DNA of 64,000 nucleotides from the human T2T-CHM13v2.0 reference genome, Homo sapiens: NCBI RefSeq assembly GCF_009914755.1, contig NC_060946.1; one strand, 5' to 3'. Shown piece by piece: positions 1 to 15,030 of this stretch (position 1 is its first letter; each line of letters starts with the position of its first letter). The notes under the pieces were generated by a model. It saw only the letters and a program-made list of their open reading frames with translations, ran no database searches and was not told where the DNA came from. The position numbers and the translations under genes were made by a program.

Positions 1-649
1 AAAAAAAATCATCTAGAATCCCAGCAGTTTCCTTAAGTTGCCTACTGTCAATTTTCCATTTCTCTCGTCCAAATTCACATGGAGACATCATTTTTACACA
101 CTTGTAATCAATTGTAGGCGGAGTCTGGGGTCCTAGCACTTCCCCTAACATCATCTCATGATACTTAGACTTTTAAAGAACCCTTGAGTAGGCCCTGTGA
201 TAAAGGATGTTAGTGAAAAAAATAATGAGAAACAGGGACTTGGCTTAGAGAAAGAAGCCTGCGTCAGATCAGTAGGCCCCCCTGGGGCTGTGGAAGCATG
301 CAGAAGGTCCCTTAGGAAGTGATGTTGGAAATGGCCTTGGGCCAGCCACGTTATTTCTCTGGACCTCAGGTCACCCATCTCTGAAATGGGAGCATTGAAC
401 TGGCTGATCCCTGAAGCCCCTTGAGGCTCTGGGGTTCTAGGGAGTATGTGACCCCTGAACTGCCTGGAATATCTTAGGTATGCCAGGTGCTACAGGGGTT
501 GAGAGGGGAGGAGGTACGGACCCTGCCTTCCATGTCCTTACAGTCATCTTGGGGCCATAAATTCAGGCCAGAAAACCCATTCAAGGACAGGATATAAGGA
601 AGAACAGTATAGCATTCTACTGCAGCAATGCAAACTCCATTTGACCCTA

Positions 650-1263
<614 letters not shown>

Positions 1264-2344
1264 CTATATGGAAGATGGATTAGATGTGTGCTGGTGGCCC
1301 TAGGGGCAGGGCTGGGGCCAGAGGGAGGAGTGAGCTAAGGGTGGGCTCAGCTCAGGGAGGACAATCTCGCACTCATGGGCTCTTGGTTTGGGGACCAGAA
1401 CAGCAGATGCTTGCAGGCTCTCTGGGTGCCCCCCCACCACCTCTACAGGCGCTGTGCTGAGTACTCTTCTATGTCAGTACCTATTATCCCTCACACAGCC
1501 CCATAGAGTAGGTGATTCCCTTGTGCTTATTTTACAGGTGTGGAAACAGGCACAGGCTAAGTCACATATTGGGAAGTGGAGTGAGTGGGATTGGAACCCA
1601 GGCAGTGGGTGTCCTGGCAGTGGGGGTATATGGGCAGAGGTGAGGGATGGAAGGGCAGAGGAGGACTGGGCAAGGTGATTCCTGAGGCCCTGTGGCTTCA
1701 GTGGCTTATCAGGGAAGGCTCCCTGGAAGAGGTGCCCTTCAGCTGAACCTTGAAGGCTGGGAAGGATCGATGGAGAGGAGCAGCAAGGGTGTCCCAGGCC
1801 AGGGAAGGAAAAAGCACAAAAGGCCTAGAGGTGGAATGTGGCATGGGTGTGAAGGTGAGGCCAGGACGAGTTGGCATGGCTAGAACTGCCTAAAGGAGAT
1901 CCAAAGCCACAAGCCGGGCCTCTTGATCCGGTTCAGAGGCCCCTTCCCATTGGCCAGCCTGCGTGTTGCAACAGCATCCCACGGGTCCCTCCCTCTGTCC
2001 TTCCAGTCTCCCCTGTTCCCTTTCAGCTCCTCACCAATCTGGTCGAATCTAAATCTGATCGAGCTACTCCCTGCTCAGGAAACTCCCGTGGCTCCCCATT
2101 GCCCAAGGAGAAAGTCCACGCTCCCCTGCTTGGCGTTGTTTCCCGGCTGTCCTGTCCTTCACCCCCTGGCCCCACCTGACACCCCATGCCACCCGTGTAT
2201 ATTATACTCCAGTGCCAGCGGAAGGCCCACCACCCCCAGACACACCACTCACTTGCTGCCTGCCTGCTTGCGTGGTGGGTTCCTCCGTCTGCGCTTCTCT
2301 CTCTGCTCTTCGGCCTAGGGGGCCGACATCCATGGATGGAGAAG

Positions 2345-2850
2345 TGTGGCTACTAAAAAAGAAAAAAAAAAAAACATCACAAACTCAGTGGCTTAAAATA
2401 GCACACATTTATTCTCTTATGTTTCTATTCTCTTACGGTTCTGGAGGTCAGAAGTTCAAAATCAGCCTCACCGGGCTACAGTCAATGTATGAAAGTGCAG
2501 GCAGGGCTGGTTCTTCCTGGAAGCTCTGGGGAGAATCAGTTTCCTCGCCTTTGCCAGCTTCCAGAGGCTGCCACATTGCTTAGCTCGGGGCCTCTAAGCC
2601 CGTCTTCAAAGCCAGCACCCTCCGATTCCCTCCCACCCTCTGGACCTGTCACCATCTCTCCTTTCTCTGGCTCTGCCTCCTGCCTCCTTCTTTAATGACT
2701 GTGATTACATTGGGCTCATCCTGATAATCCCCAAATAATCTCCCCATCTTAATTTGATCTCATCTGCACCTTTGCCATGGAAGGCGCCGTGTTCACAGGT
2801 TTCAGGGATTTGTCCATGAACATCTTTCCAGGCCACTACTCTGCCCCTGA
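2345..2850. mobile_element. MLT1-family MaLR LTR
   Basis: Typical gtggcttaaa...ttctggaggtcagaagttcaaaatca...gattacattgggc motifs. Confidence 0.8.
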
Positions 2851-3167
2851 CAGGAGGCATCAGTGGGCTCTGTTTGTTTCCCATTGGGTTTGCCATGGAA
2901 ACATTGGAGATTGGACAGTGGCAGGAGGATAAAGTGGGGGTACGTGTCCTTGGCCCCCTTCTCACGGGGTCCTAGCTCCTGCCCTGGCCTTTGGGTCCCC
3001 CTTCACAGCTCTGGAAACTGCATCCTCCTCTGGGCAGCCATGGAGATGGCTTTTGCTTTTCAGCCTGAGGACCACACTCTCCCTCTCAGCACTCCTGAGC
3101 CCAGCCCCGCACCTTCCTCGCCATTCCTCATTAAACTGCCACTCATTCGATTGCCACATGAGCATGA

Positions 3168-3490
<323 letters not shown>

Positions 3491-3879
3491 CGTCAAGGTG
3501 CAAAATTTGTGCAAGGGTTTCCTCTCAGGGCCACGCCAGTGCTGCGCCTGCCTCACCCTGGTCTGGCCTGTGAATCTTTTCCTGCCTGAACCTGCTCACA
3601 CCCTTGGGCTGTGCCTTCTGCCTGGACTTCTCCCTCACCTTTCCACCTTTCCAAATGCAGCCTGCTTGGACCACCTTCTGGTAACAGTTCCTCCACTTCC
3701 AGCCCTGCAGCCTCCTGCACAGTGGGGGCCCAGAGGGGATGCTCTTGTGTATTCCAGTCTGCCAGGTGCTTGCACTTGTTTGTGGCTCTGCCTCCCGCAC
3801 TGCATGTGAATTCCTCCTTCAGGATGGTGCCCCTTGAGCCCAGTGCAGGCCTCGGAGGGAGCCGTGGGCCGTAGACTTG

Positions 3880-4110
3880 GAGGGTAAGGAGCCAGAACAC
3901 ATGGTTTGAATCCCTGCCCTGCTGTTACTGGGTCTGTGATCTTGGGCAATTTACTTGGCCTCTCTATGCCTCAGTTTCCTTATCTGTAAAATGGGAGCAG
4001 GGATAGTTCCTGCCTTTTGTCATGGCTTTGATGATTAAGTGAGATGATGCTACAAAGGAAGAGCCTTGTGCCTGGCAGACAGTAAAGGCTCAATCCATGT
4101 TAGCATTGGT
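3880..4110. mobile_element. MIR
   Basis: Core ctcagtttccttatctgtaaaatggg; many further MIR/L2 fragments in the window are not listed. Confidence 0.8.
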
Positions 4111-4170
4111 GCTGTGGTCATATGAGGGACTCAGGAAAGGTTGACTGAATTTATTAGAACTGACAGGCAG

Positions 4171-4202
<32 letters not shown>

Positions 4203-4572
4203 AACAGAGAAGAGAGAGAGGAAAGGGGAGGAGGGAGAGAGGGAGAGGAGAGGAAGTGGGGAGGAATTAATGGGTGAGAGAGGTGGAGAGAGGGGGGCTT
4301 GAGGCTGAGGAGTGAAGGCTGCCAGGTAATTCAAGGGGGAAGCAGAGAGAGAGCAGAGGGCGTTAGGCAGGGTCTGTGGACTTGAGTGAGAGCTGTTCCA
4401 TCACCAGGTGCTGTCTGCAGCCAGCTGCTCTCAAAATAGCTGCCCTGCTGGGGCTGGGGCTGATGGAGGAGCAGGGCAGGGAACCCCATCTGGGCACATC
4501 CTGGATCCCTCCTGGGCTGTCGCGGCCCAGAGCTTGGCGAGGAGCCCCTGTGGCCTGTGACTCGTGGTTGAG

Positions 4573-4677
4573 ATGGGGATTTGGAGGTCCCTCCTGTGGG
4601 GTCTGTGTGCGTGGTGGGCAGGGGTAGGGGAAGCTGCCCTGCTGGCCTGGCTCTGGGAGTATGCTGGAGACAGGCAG
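4573..4677 (+). pseudogene. First coding exon: [35 protein letters not shown] (signal-peptide-like)
   Basis: Strong Kozak gagATGG at 4573; 35 open codons with hydrophobic core; donor CAG|gtaatg at 4677/4678, phase 0. Confidence 0.6.
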
Positions 4678-4745
4678 GTAATGGCCATGATAATAATGAT
4701 GACGTTTATGGCAGTGATAAGCATCATCATCCAAAATGAGGCAGA

Positions 4746-4880
4746 GGCCAGGCACAGGGGCTCATGCCTATAATTCCACTGCTTTGGGAGGCGGAGGTTG
4801 GAGGATTGCTTGAGGCCAGGCATTTGAGACCAGCCTGGGCGATGTAGCAAGACCCTGTCTATAGAAAAAATTTAGAAAAT
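4746..4880 (+). mobile_element. FLAM / free left Alu monomer
   Basis: Single left arm with A-rich end. Confidence 0.85.
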
Positions 4881-5340
4881 GAGGCAGATGCAGCAAAGTT
4901 GCCCACGCATGCTCCCCTCTCCTTCTTCCTCTCTAAAGAATGCCAGTTATGCTCATGCAGCCCAGTGAACGCACTCACCTCCCAGACTCCTCTGCGGCCA
5001 GAGCGACCCTGTGACCTGCTTCTGGCCAGTGAGATGGAGGTGGAAGCTCACCAGGTGGACATTCTATTTGGAAACCGAGAGCTGGGCTGTCCAGAAAGAA
5101 CATAGACTGTGGGGTCACACCAGCCTGGGGTTGCTCCCCAGCTCTGCCATTTCCTAGCCATGGGAACTTCCTGAGTCTCAGTTGTCTCATCTGTGAAATG
5201 GGAATAAGCGTGACCTCACAGGTGGATACACCTGAGGGCAGCTGCTCCTGACACGGACCCTGGCATGTTTCAGAATCCTAATGGGCTTTCTGGGCCATTA
5301 AGGGAAAGTGTAACCTGTGTTAGATGCATTTGACTATGCT

Positions 5341-5824
<484 letters not shown>

Positions 5825-6880
5825 TGACTATGCTTTGAAGATGTTTTAGCATTTGGTCCAATTCAGCTGAGTAGATAACTTTTACTGATACCCGATACTC
5901 AGAAAATTGGAGTGACCTCCCAGATGGTACTTCTCAGTCGGGTCATACTGCAACCTGTGTTCTTTGAGGTCAGCAACACTGCATCTGGTTTATCTCCACA
6001 TCTTTCTGCTTAGCCCAGTGCTTGACACATAGTGGGCATTTGCGCCCATATTTACAGAGTGAGTGGATTGGTCTCTATCTGTTCAGCAAGTGCTTCTCTG
6101 TGCCAGGCTCTGTACTGAGTGCTGGAACAAATCATCCCAATGAAAAAACTCAGCATAATGATGGATGAGGCTCTGTGTGTTCTCCTCTGGTAGGCATATC
6201 CAAATTTAACAGGAAGTAACGTCTTGAGCAGAAGGAACAAAGCAGCCCTAATAAGGGTATGTCAGGGTGTTGCGGGGAGAGGTGTCCCTGCCATGATCCT
6301 ATGAAAGTGGGTCATTAGAACAAGGCCCTGGCTGGAACATTCTAGCACTGGGATTCCCCACAGAGGAAGCCAAGTGTCCAGGTGTAAATGAAAGGGAAGC
6401 CCTCTCTCCTGACTCTAGCACTGTCTCTCACACCAGCCATATGTAAGACTTTGTCTAGTACCCCCATCGCTGTACCTCCAGCACACAGAGCTGCTGCGCA
6501 CCCTGGAAGTGAATGAGCGAGTGGACGAGCAGATGACTCAGAGGCCAGCTCACAGTCTCGTGGGCGAGGCAGACAAGAAACAACCAAGCAGAATGCCCCC
6601 AGTGAGCACTACGGCATGTGGAGGGGAACAACCGGGGCGCCTGCAGGAGGGAGTGGCTGCCCGTCCGCAGTGGGAGGAAGGAGTGAGGAATGGAAGCCTC
6701 CCTCAACTCTGCCCGCAGAATTTTCCAGATTGGCTTCTCCTCTAGTCCTGGCCTTACCGCACCCCCTCACCTTCATATTTCTCTCATCTCGGTTCTCTGA
6801 GCATCTTCATCACCCAAATCCTTTCTGAGAGTCTTTTCTGAAGGGGGGGTTTGTTCTAGAGATTCTAGTTCCCTCCGCAG

Positions 6881-6923
6881 AGACAAGTGCTCCGGTCACC
6901 AGTGTCCTGCCCCAACTGCCCAG
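6881..6923 (+). pseudogene. Candidate exon RQVLRSPVSCPNCP (phase 0->1)
   Basis: ttccctccgcag| acceptor, CAG|gtgggt donor; 43 nt; phase fits both neighbours. Confidence 0.5.
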
Positions 6924-7228
6924 GTGGGTCACGAGGCCCCTGCATGAGCCAAGCCCTCCGGGGGCCTCAGCATCACCTGTACCCTAAGGCATCAGTCTGC
7001 TCTGCCCCGACTCCGGGCAGCGGTCCGCGCTTCTCTAGGACAGAACCAGCTCAGGGACGGCAGCTAGAAGACCAGGGGTTCAGCCCCAAGGCTGGTCCTG
7101 CTGGCCCTTCCTGGCTGAGGGTGTGCAGCATCAGCCTCGGGCTTCCCGGCTCTGGGTGGGAAACCTGCGTCCCTCTCGGTGTTGCTGTGAGGATTCGACA
7201 TGAAGTTGTGTGGGAAAGTGCTTTGTAA

Positions 7229-7771
<543 letters not shown>

Positions 7772-7900
7772 TAACTCTTAAGGAGGAAACCGTCCACAGC
7801 CTTCGGGTTGGGGCAGGCAAGGAGCGGGGCTGGGAGAGACCGGGCAGCAGCGTGCTCTTGTGAAGCTGCTTTATGCCCTTAGCCCCCTCAGTCTTCACAG

Positions 7901-8039
7901 ATCCTGCCTCCCCGAGTCCACTCAGGGAAACGGGGCCCCTGGGGCCTGGCATTGTGCCCAAAAAAATCCAGGGGAATGACCCAGCAGGTTTGATAAAACT
8001 ACAAGAAACAACAACGCCCTTTCCCTGGTTTCTCCCCAG
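7901..8039 (+). pseudogene. Candidate exon (D)PASPSPLRETG...TTTPFPWFLP(R) (phase 1->2)
   Basis: gtcttcacag| acceptor, CAG|gtgggg donor; 139 nt open; phases fit neighbours. Confidence 0.55.
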
Positions 8040-8689
8040 GTGGGGAACTGTCCCCTCCTCCCACACATGCGGTGTCTCATGTCTGCTGATGTTTACTCTG
8101 AAAATGAGACCGGAAACAAGGGCTTGGGGGAGGAGTCAGCATGAGGACCTCAGGGCCGGACTCTCTATGTCTCAGTTTCCTCTTCTAGAAAATAAGAATG
8201 ATCAAAGCGCCTGCCTCGTACAGTGGTCATGAGGATCGAACGAAGAGAGCTATGTGGAGAGCCTGGCCTACGGGAAGGCGAAGTTGGCTTTAGCTATGTC
8301 TTCGTCTCTGCTCATTCTGGGGTCCCAGCCTCCTTTGTCTCCCTCTGGACCGTGGTGGGAGCTTCCCCACTGGCCCCCTCTGCAGAGTCCTCCCCACTGC
8401 CATCCCTCCCCTCTTCCAGCAGCTGGAGTCATCTTCCCAACCACATGCCAGACCCTCCACTCCTGCTAAACGCCCCACAAAACATCATCGTATTCGTCAT
8501 TCACTCACTCAGCACACATCTGAAGTTCCGCAGTGCCCCAGGCCGGGCATCAGACCCCGAGGATGCAATGGGGAATGAGACAGACAAGGGTCCTGGCTCT
8601 CCAGGAGCATGCATCCAGCCTGGTGTGGGAGAAGACAGCGATGAGGAGACAGAGGGAACTGAGGGAGGTGTTAAGTGCTGGGCATTGGT

Positions 8690-9070
8690 CATCTATTATC
8701 ATAATAATGCCACAAACGAACACCCTCCAGGTTTAGTGGCTTCAAACAACACGCACTATTCTCACTCTGAAGGCTGTCTGTTGAGTGGGGATCAACAGAT
8801 GGAGTGACTAGACCGGGCTTAGCTCCAGGGCTGCTTCCTGGGCCTCTCATCCATGGACCACTGGGCCACCTGGGACTTGTTTGTCCCATGGTGGTGGCAG
8901 ACGGGCAAGAAGTGAATGGGGACCTGTAATGCCCAGCACTGGGACACTCACTTCTGCCCACATTCCATTGGCCAAAGCAAGCCTCATGGTCAAGTCCAGC
9001 ATCAGTGTGGTGGGAAAGGACACCCTGCCTCTGGTGGGAGATGAGGCAAAGCCACAGGAGGAAAGGGGGG
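8690..9070. mobile_element. Old MLT1 LTR
   Basis: gtggcttcaaacaac...cacttctgcccacattccattggccaaagcaag motifs. Confidence 0.7.
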
Positions 9071-9382
9071 TTGTCAGCAGGGCAGGTTGAAGAACTAGGA
9101 GCAGGAAAGCAACCCGTATGGGCTTTGCAGGAAACCGAGGGTACTGAGATGAGGACTCCCTGAGGCGTCTGCTTCTCAGGGCTGGTCAGGGTTGGCTTCT
9201 CTGAGCCGCTGTCACTCAGGCCTAGAACTGAAGGAGGAGGAGAGCCAGCCATACAGTCAGGGAAGAACGTTCTAGGCAAGCACAGAAACGAAGCAGAAAT
9301 GAATCGCTGTGTCTTTGGAACTGACAGAGGCCCAGGCTCCTTGCCCCTATCATGTCTCTGCACTTAAGTCCATGCTGAGTAC

Positions 9383-9641
9383 CCCAGCTATGGCCTCTCT
9401 GTCCCAGCCATGGCCTCTCTGTCCCTGCTGTGGCTTCTCTGCCCCAGCCATGGCCTCTTTTTCCCAGTTGCGGCTTCTCTGTTCCAGCTGTGGCCTCTCT
9501 GCCCAGCCGTGGCTTCTCTGTCCTGATTGTGGCCGCTGTGTCCCAACCATGGCCTCTCTGTCCCAGCTGTGGCCTCTCTGTCCCAGCTGTGGCCCCTCTG
9601 TCCCAGCCGTGGTCTTTCTGCCCCTGCTGTGGCCTCTGTGC
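9383..9641. repeat. 20-bp tandem repeat, about 13 copies (cccagcYRtggcctctctgt)
   Basis: Directly visible periodicity. Confidence 0.9.
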
Positions 9642-9779
9642 CCCCGCCCATGCTGACATGTGGCAGTTTTCCGGCACCTTGCTCTGTCCTATTACTGGCT
9701 TTGGCTATGCTCTATGCTCTGCCTGGAAAGCCCTTCCTCTTTCTTGGGCCAAATCCTACTCATCCTAAGATTTATATTT

Positions 9780-10055
<276 letters not shown>

Positions 10056-10453
10056 GTTGGGCCTTGGGCTGAGAAGGAGACAGGGAAGGGTGCTATAGGA
10101 GCTGTGTGATCCTAGGTGAGCTGTCTGACCTCTCAGATTTGTTCTCATCAACAGAATGGGGATAATGGAATCCGCCTCCTGGGACTGTCACGAGAATTAG
10201 ATGAGGGATTTTGGAAAGAACATGGCCCACGGTTGAGTTCCGGAGAGGCTGCTTCCTCTCTGGGCGACCTTATTCCACTTCTCTGAACTTGAGTTTCCCA
10301 ATCTGCAGAACAGGGGGAAGGAAAACTGCCCCCCGGGACTGCTGGCATTAAATGAGATCGTGCCTAGAAAGCCCTCGCAGGAAGACCCCCTCCAGGGTCA
10401 CACACCTCTCTCTTTCCCTCCCCTGTCCCTTTCCCTCTCCCCTCCTGGGACAG

Positions 10454-10780
10454 ACTCCAGGGGAGGAAGCGCTGTCTCTAAGTGGGTGAGGACTCGCCCA
10501 GACTCGCCCGCCTGACTCCGCCTGGTTTCTACGTTGCCACCCTTTTGCCACCAAATGGCCACCTTCAGGGTTGGCCCTTTCACTCCCACTGGAGAATCCA
10601 ACCGGAGCCACAGTCACTGACCAGGGACTTCTGAAGACAGGAGGAGCATCGAATGAGAAGATCCAACCAACAACCCGGTCCCCACGGCAACACGTTGACA
10701 CTGGTCCTCTCCACCTGAGGCCTCGTCTGGGGCTCCCTACATCTTCAGAAGTGGTTCTACTTTTATGCCCCATTTGTCAA
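10454..10780 (+). pseudogene. Candidate exon LQGRKRCL*VGED...PPGFYVATLLPPNGHLQGWPFHSHWRIQPE...LQKWFYFYAPFVN
   Basis: Long pyrimidine tract + cag| at 10453, phase 2 start; one frame over 109 codons with stops at 10479, 10632, 10716; donor looks degraded (gtcaa|tgagg). Confidence 0.65.
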
Positions 10781-11135
10781 TGAGGAAAGAGTTGGGAATC
10801 CAGAGAAAAACCCGGGTCCATCTGACTCCAAAACCAGCACTCTGTCCGCTCACGCTTTTCCATGTCAGAGGGCTGTGTGTGTTGAGGAGGGGTCTACCCA
10901 CTCCTTCATCCCCCAAGCCCTCAGGAAACAAAGAGAGTCCAGCACATAACAAGTGCTCAAGTGGTTGTAGATGAGCAAGGGAATGAATGATGGACAAGCA
11001 AGTGAATGAATGAATGCACTTGTGGAGTCCTGCTGTCCTCTCTTTCCCGGAAACTCCCTCTTTCCCCTCCATGCTCTACCCCAAATGGTGTTCACCTCAC
11101 CCACCATTGCCCCATCCATCCTCCCCTCTCTGCAG

Positions 11136-11568
11136 CCACCTTGGGCCAACAATAGATGGGACTCCTCCCATCACCTACAGCCCACTTGCAACCTCAGGAT
11201 GCTTTGATGGGGTTGCCTTGGCAACTGTAAGTTTCCAATTGAAGCAAAAAGTTCCTACCAGGGTTTTCGATGAAGAATGACAGGGGAGAACCAGCGGAGA
11301 AGGTTGCCCAGGCAACGGGAACATTTAAGTCAAACTTTGCGGGTCTCAGTGTGGGGAGATTATCCTCAGCAAGGCGAAGAGATCGGCCCCCTTGCCAGGC
11401 GGCTCTGCCAACGCAAGCTGCGCGTTCATGGAGATGGGGGAGGCCCCCAGCCTAACCTCAGCCGGCCGGTTGTTTCTGACAATTATTGATCTGCCATCTC
11501 CAGAGTTCTCTGACTCATGACAAGCCCCAGACGGGCCTCGAGCCTGGCAGTGTCTCCAGGTCGACCAG
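11136..11568 (+). pseudogene. Candidate exon HLGPTIDG...GCFDGVALATVSFQLK...VKLCGSQCGEIILS...GRLFLTIID...WQCLQVDQ (phase 2->0)
   Basis: ctcccctctctgcag| acceptor, CAG|gtgact donor; 433 nt in one frame with stops at 11278, 11326, 11518. Confidence 0.6.
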
Positions 11569-11695
11569 GTGACTCGAGAGGGGGCTTTGTGCCCTCATTT
11601 ATCTCTGTGCCGGACCCAGGGGTGGGGTTTCTCTCAGTTACTGCCTCACTTTGCCCCTGTCTTTGTTAACTCGTCTGTCCTTTGTCCCCCTGCAG

Positions 11696-11770
11696 AAGCA
11701 GACATGGGCCCTCAGCATATGATGTCAGCGGCTCTGGCGCCCAGCTTTGTTAGCAGCGGTTCCTGAGTGG
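11696..11770 (+). pseudogene. Candidate exon KQTWALSI*CQRLWRPALLAAVPEW (phase 0->0)
   Basis: tgtcctttgtccccctgcag| acceptor, TGG|gtaaaa donor; 75 nt; single TGA at 11720. Confidence 0.65.
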
Positions 11771-13141
11771 GTAAAAAGGATGAGCCCCTCTCTCTAGGGA
11801 GAAGGAAGGGAGCATGAGAGGCGGGGAAGCCCTGAGGCCTGCGGGTGGTAAGGAAAGCAGCTGGGATCTGACAGACAAGGCTGATTCCAGGGAATCCAGG
11901 CCCTGTGGCTTCTGCAGGGGACTGAGACCCCCTGGGGCAAGATCCCCTTTCAGGTGCCTGATCCTGCAGGGTGATGGGGTGGGAGGGTCTTAGATGCACC
12001 TGGGCCCCCACCTGCCCTGTGCTATCTCAGCCCCTGGCTTCTGCCCTTTTCTCTTCCCTCTCCTGCTCCCCTCATCCATGTGTAAAAACCAGGCACCCAG
12101 AAAACGAGTAGGGTGAAACTTGGTGCCTGCCTTTACCTGCAGGGGGCTTGGGCATCACTTGACCTAGGCCTCCAAGACTCTGCCCTCCTCCCTGGTCCTC
12201 CAACAGCCTTCAGCTTTGTCCAGCACCCAGGCCTTTGCACCTGTGGAACCCCCTGCCTGGATCACTCCACCCCTCCCCACCCCCACGCAGGCCTCGACCA
12301 CACCACTTTTCCCCACCCTCTTTATGGCAGATGTCACACCCTGGAACTGTGTGGTGTTTCTGTTGTCTGCCTACAGTAGGACGTAGGCTCCACGCCACAG
12401 GGACTCTGGCTTCCTGGTCGGCCACTTTGTGTCTGGAGCATGGAGCCGGGCAGGTGCCCGGCAGATGTGTGTTGAATAAACAGGTGGGTGGCCGCCTCAC
12501 GTTCCTCCACGGTAAAGTGACGCTAAGGATCATAGTCACCTCTGGGCTACATGAAATACCATGCGGAAACGTCTGGCAGCGGGCAGGGCAGGGCAGGGCA
12601 CTTCACTTTCTGTACTAGCTGTAAAGTGAGAAAGAAGCCCTTGGCACTGGAAGCTTGGCTTTTCGTCGACTCTGCAGCTCCTGGTTAGCCCTGTGTGTGA
12701 GTTTGTGTTAAATAATCAGTCCGACTCCTCCACTGGGGTGGTGGTGCCAGTGTGGCCAGTTCTTGTGCAAATAGAACATTTTCAAGATAGTTCTGCCACT
12801 TGTACAGCACTCTACGTGCTGTAGAGTTCAGCCCTGAGAGAGAGGGACAGGATCCTGTGTGTCCCGTCCGCCTTGCGTGTGGGTCTCACCAGCGGCTTCC
12901 TTCATGTCACTCTGGAGCGCTCTCACCCACCCCGAGAGGAAAGTGCCGCTATCCCTGCTTTGCAGATGAGGAAACTGAGGCTGGGAGGCATGGAGAGGGC
13001 TGCTCAGGGTGAAGCTGAGGGCTGAGATGCTATCTGTGCGGCTCAGGGGCAGGGGGAGGGTGACGGCCTCTTGCTGTCTGGGGAAGGGGCTCTCACTGGC
13101 CACTTCCTCCCTCCTGGCTTCTGCCCCTCTGTTCCCTGAAG

Positions 13142-13277
13142 ACCTCAGCCTGCCTGTCCATCCTGACACGACACGGGCCTGCCCTCCCTGCAGACACGCA
13201 GCCTCCCTGGGTCCAGGCACAGACACTGGGCCTCACAGAGCCTGGACCTGAGTGCTGTCACCTGTTTTATGTCACAA
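13142..13277 (+). pseudogene. Possible exon TSACLSILTRHG...PECCHLFYVT
   Basis: Pyrimidine tract + ag, 45 open codons; weak donor and phase not reconciled with neighbours. Confidence 0.25.
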
Positions 13278-13289
13278 GTCTGTGTTTCC

Positions 13290-13816
13290 AGACAGGACAG
13301 CAGAGAGACAGAGGGGCAGAGATAGAGAGACAGAGACAACAGGGGGCTGAGCAAGCGCGTCAGAGACAGAGAGGGACAGAAATGGAGACAAAAGACAGAG
13401 AAGGAGTCACTGACAGAGTGATTCAGAGAGAGACACAGAGACAGAGATAGAGACAGGGACAGAGAGATAGAAACAGAGACAGAGAAAGACAGAGACAGGG
13501 ACAGATACAGAGAGACAGAGATGGGGTAGAGCATCAGAGACAGAGACAGAAAGGGGCAGAGATAGAGACAAGGCAGAGGAGAGAATGACAGAGTGAATCA
13601 GAGAGAGAGACAGAGATAGAGACATAAATAGAGACAGAGAGATAAAGACAGAGACAGAGGGACAGATATACAGAAACAGAGACAGGGCAGAGCATCAGAG
13701 ACAGAAAGACAGGGAGAGAGAGAGAGACAAAAGGCAGACAGGGAAGGAGAGAATGACAGAGTGAATCAGAGACAGACAGAGAGGGACAAATATAGGAAGA
13801 CAGGGATAGAGACAAA

Positions 13817-13904
<88 letters not shown>

Positions 13905-13920
13905 GGAGAGGGAGAGGGAG
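13290..13920. repeat. GA-rich (GACAGA)n low complexity ending in (TA)n(GA)n microsatellite
   Basis: Direct inspection. Confidence 0.95.
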
Positions 13921-14316
13921 TGGGTCCTGGGAAAGAGGCAGAATCAGAGATGGATGCAGAGACAGAGATACTTAGGAAGGGGTGTCTGGAGACTTCGGGG
14001 GACAAGTCTCCACCTGGCTGCCACCAGCCCGCTCTCCTCTTCCCTCCTCAGCTCTCCCTCCTGTCAGGACAAGCAAAAGCATCAGAGACAGAGACAGACA
14101 GAGATAGAGATGAAAGACAGACAGAGTTGGAGACGGCGATAGAGTGAATGAGAGAGAGACGGCAGCATGTGTGAGGTCGGTGCTGGGAGAGGGGTTTCTC
14201 CCCTTCTTTCTGCTTCCCTCCTCCTCTCCCCAACGCCTTCCCCTTCACCACCTTCCTGGCTCCCTCTGCTCCCCTTCCAAGTCTGCACGTTCTCTAAGGC
14301 TTCACGTTGTCTCCAG

Positions 14317-14344
14317 GACAGGGTCCTCCTGGAGCTCCTGATGG
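14317..14344 (+). pseudogene. Candidate micro-exon DRVLLELLM (phase 0->1)
   Basis: gttgtctccag| acceptor, TGG|gtaaat donor; 28 nt. Confidence 0.5.
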
Positions 14345-14477
14345 GTAAATATTTACACCACAGGGGCGTCCTGGGGAAATTTGTTGCCCTCTATTAAACA
14401 AACACATGCCACTGAAGAAAAGAGCATCCTCCGAGCACCTCCCTTCTCCCCTCCCCTCTCTCTTCTTTGGGCTGCAG

Positions 14478-14650
14478 CAGGCGGGGGCAGTAGGAGCTTT
14501 CCAGGGGCTCTGATGGGATGGACAAGACTGGACACCAAGGTCTTCATCGGCAAGAGGTTCCTGTGACACAGACATGACACCCCACAGCCTGCAGAAGGTG
14601 GACACAGTCAGGAGGGCCCCCCTGGCTTTGAGAGCAGACGGCAGAGTCCC
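14478..14650 (+). pseudogene. Candidate exon GGGSRSFPGALMGWTRLDTKVFIGKRFL*HRHD...ESRRQSP (phase 1->0)
   Basis: Long pyrimidine tract + NAGNAG acceptor; TGA at 14564; donor CCC|gtgagg (alternative at 14597). Confidence 0.55.
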
Positions 14651-14819
14651 GTGAGGAAATCTTGGCTTAGCCTCTTCCCCACTGTGTGATTTTGGACACC
14701 TTCCTTGACCTCTCTGAGCCTCTGACCTTCTGCCGGACAGTGCTGACTTGCAGAGTTGTTGTAAGGTTTGGAGATCATGGATGCAAAATGTCTCCAACTA
14801 GCCTAGCACGTGCTGAACA

Positions 14820-15030
14820 TCTGGCTTCTCGGCCTCTGCACTGTGGACATTTGGGCCTGGATAAGTCTCCGTTGTAGGGGGCTTCCCTGTGCTTGCAAAA
14901 TGTGGAGTAGCACCCCTCGTCTCCACCCACTAGATGCCAGTAGCATCCTTCAGTTGTGACCACCAAACATGTCTCCAGACATTGACAAATGTTCCCAGAG
15001 ACAAAATTGGCCCTGGTCGAGAACTACTGG
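14820..15030. mobile_element. MER20 (hAT-Charlie DNA transposon)
   Basis: cccactagatgccagtagca...tgtctccagacattg...gagaactactg motifs. Confidence 0.85.

Noticed and set aside
9383-9641. Regularly spaced repeats considered as CRISPR-like
   Set aside because: Head-to-tail units with no unique spacers in eukaryotic DNA.
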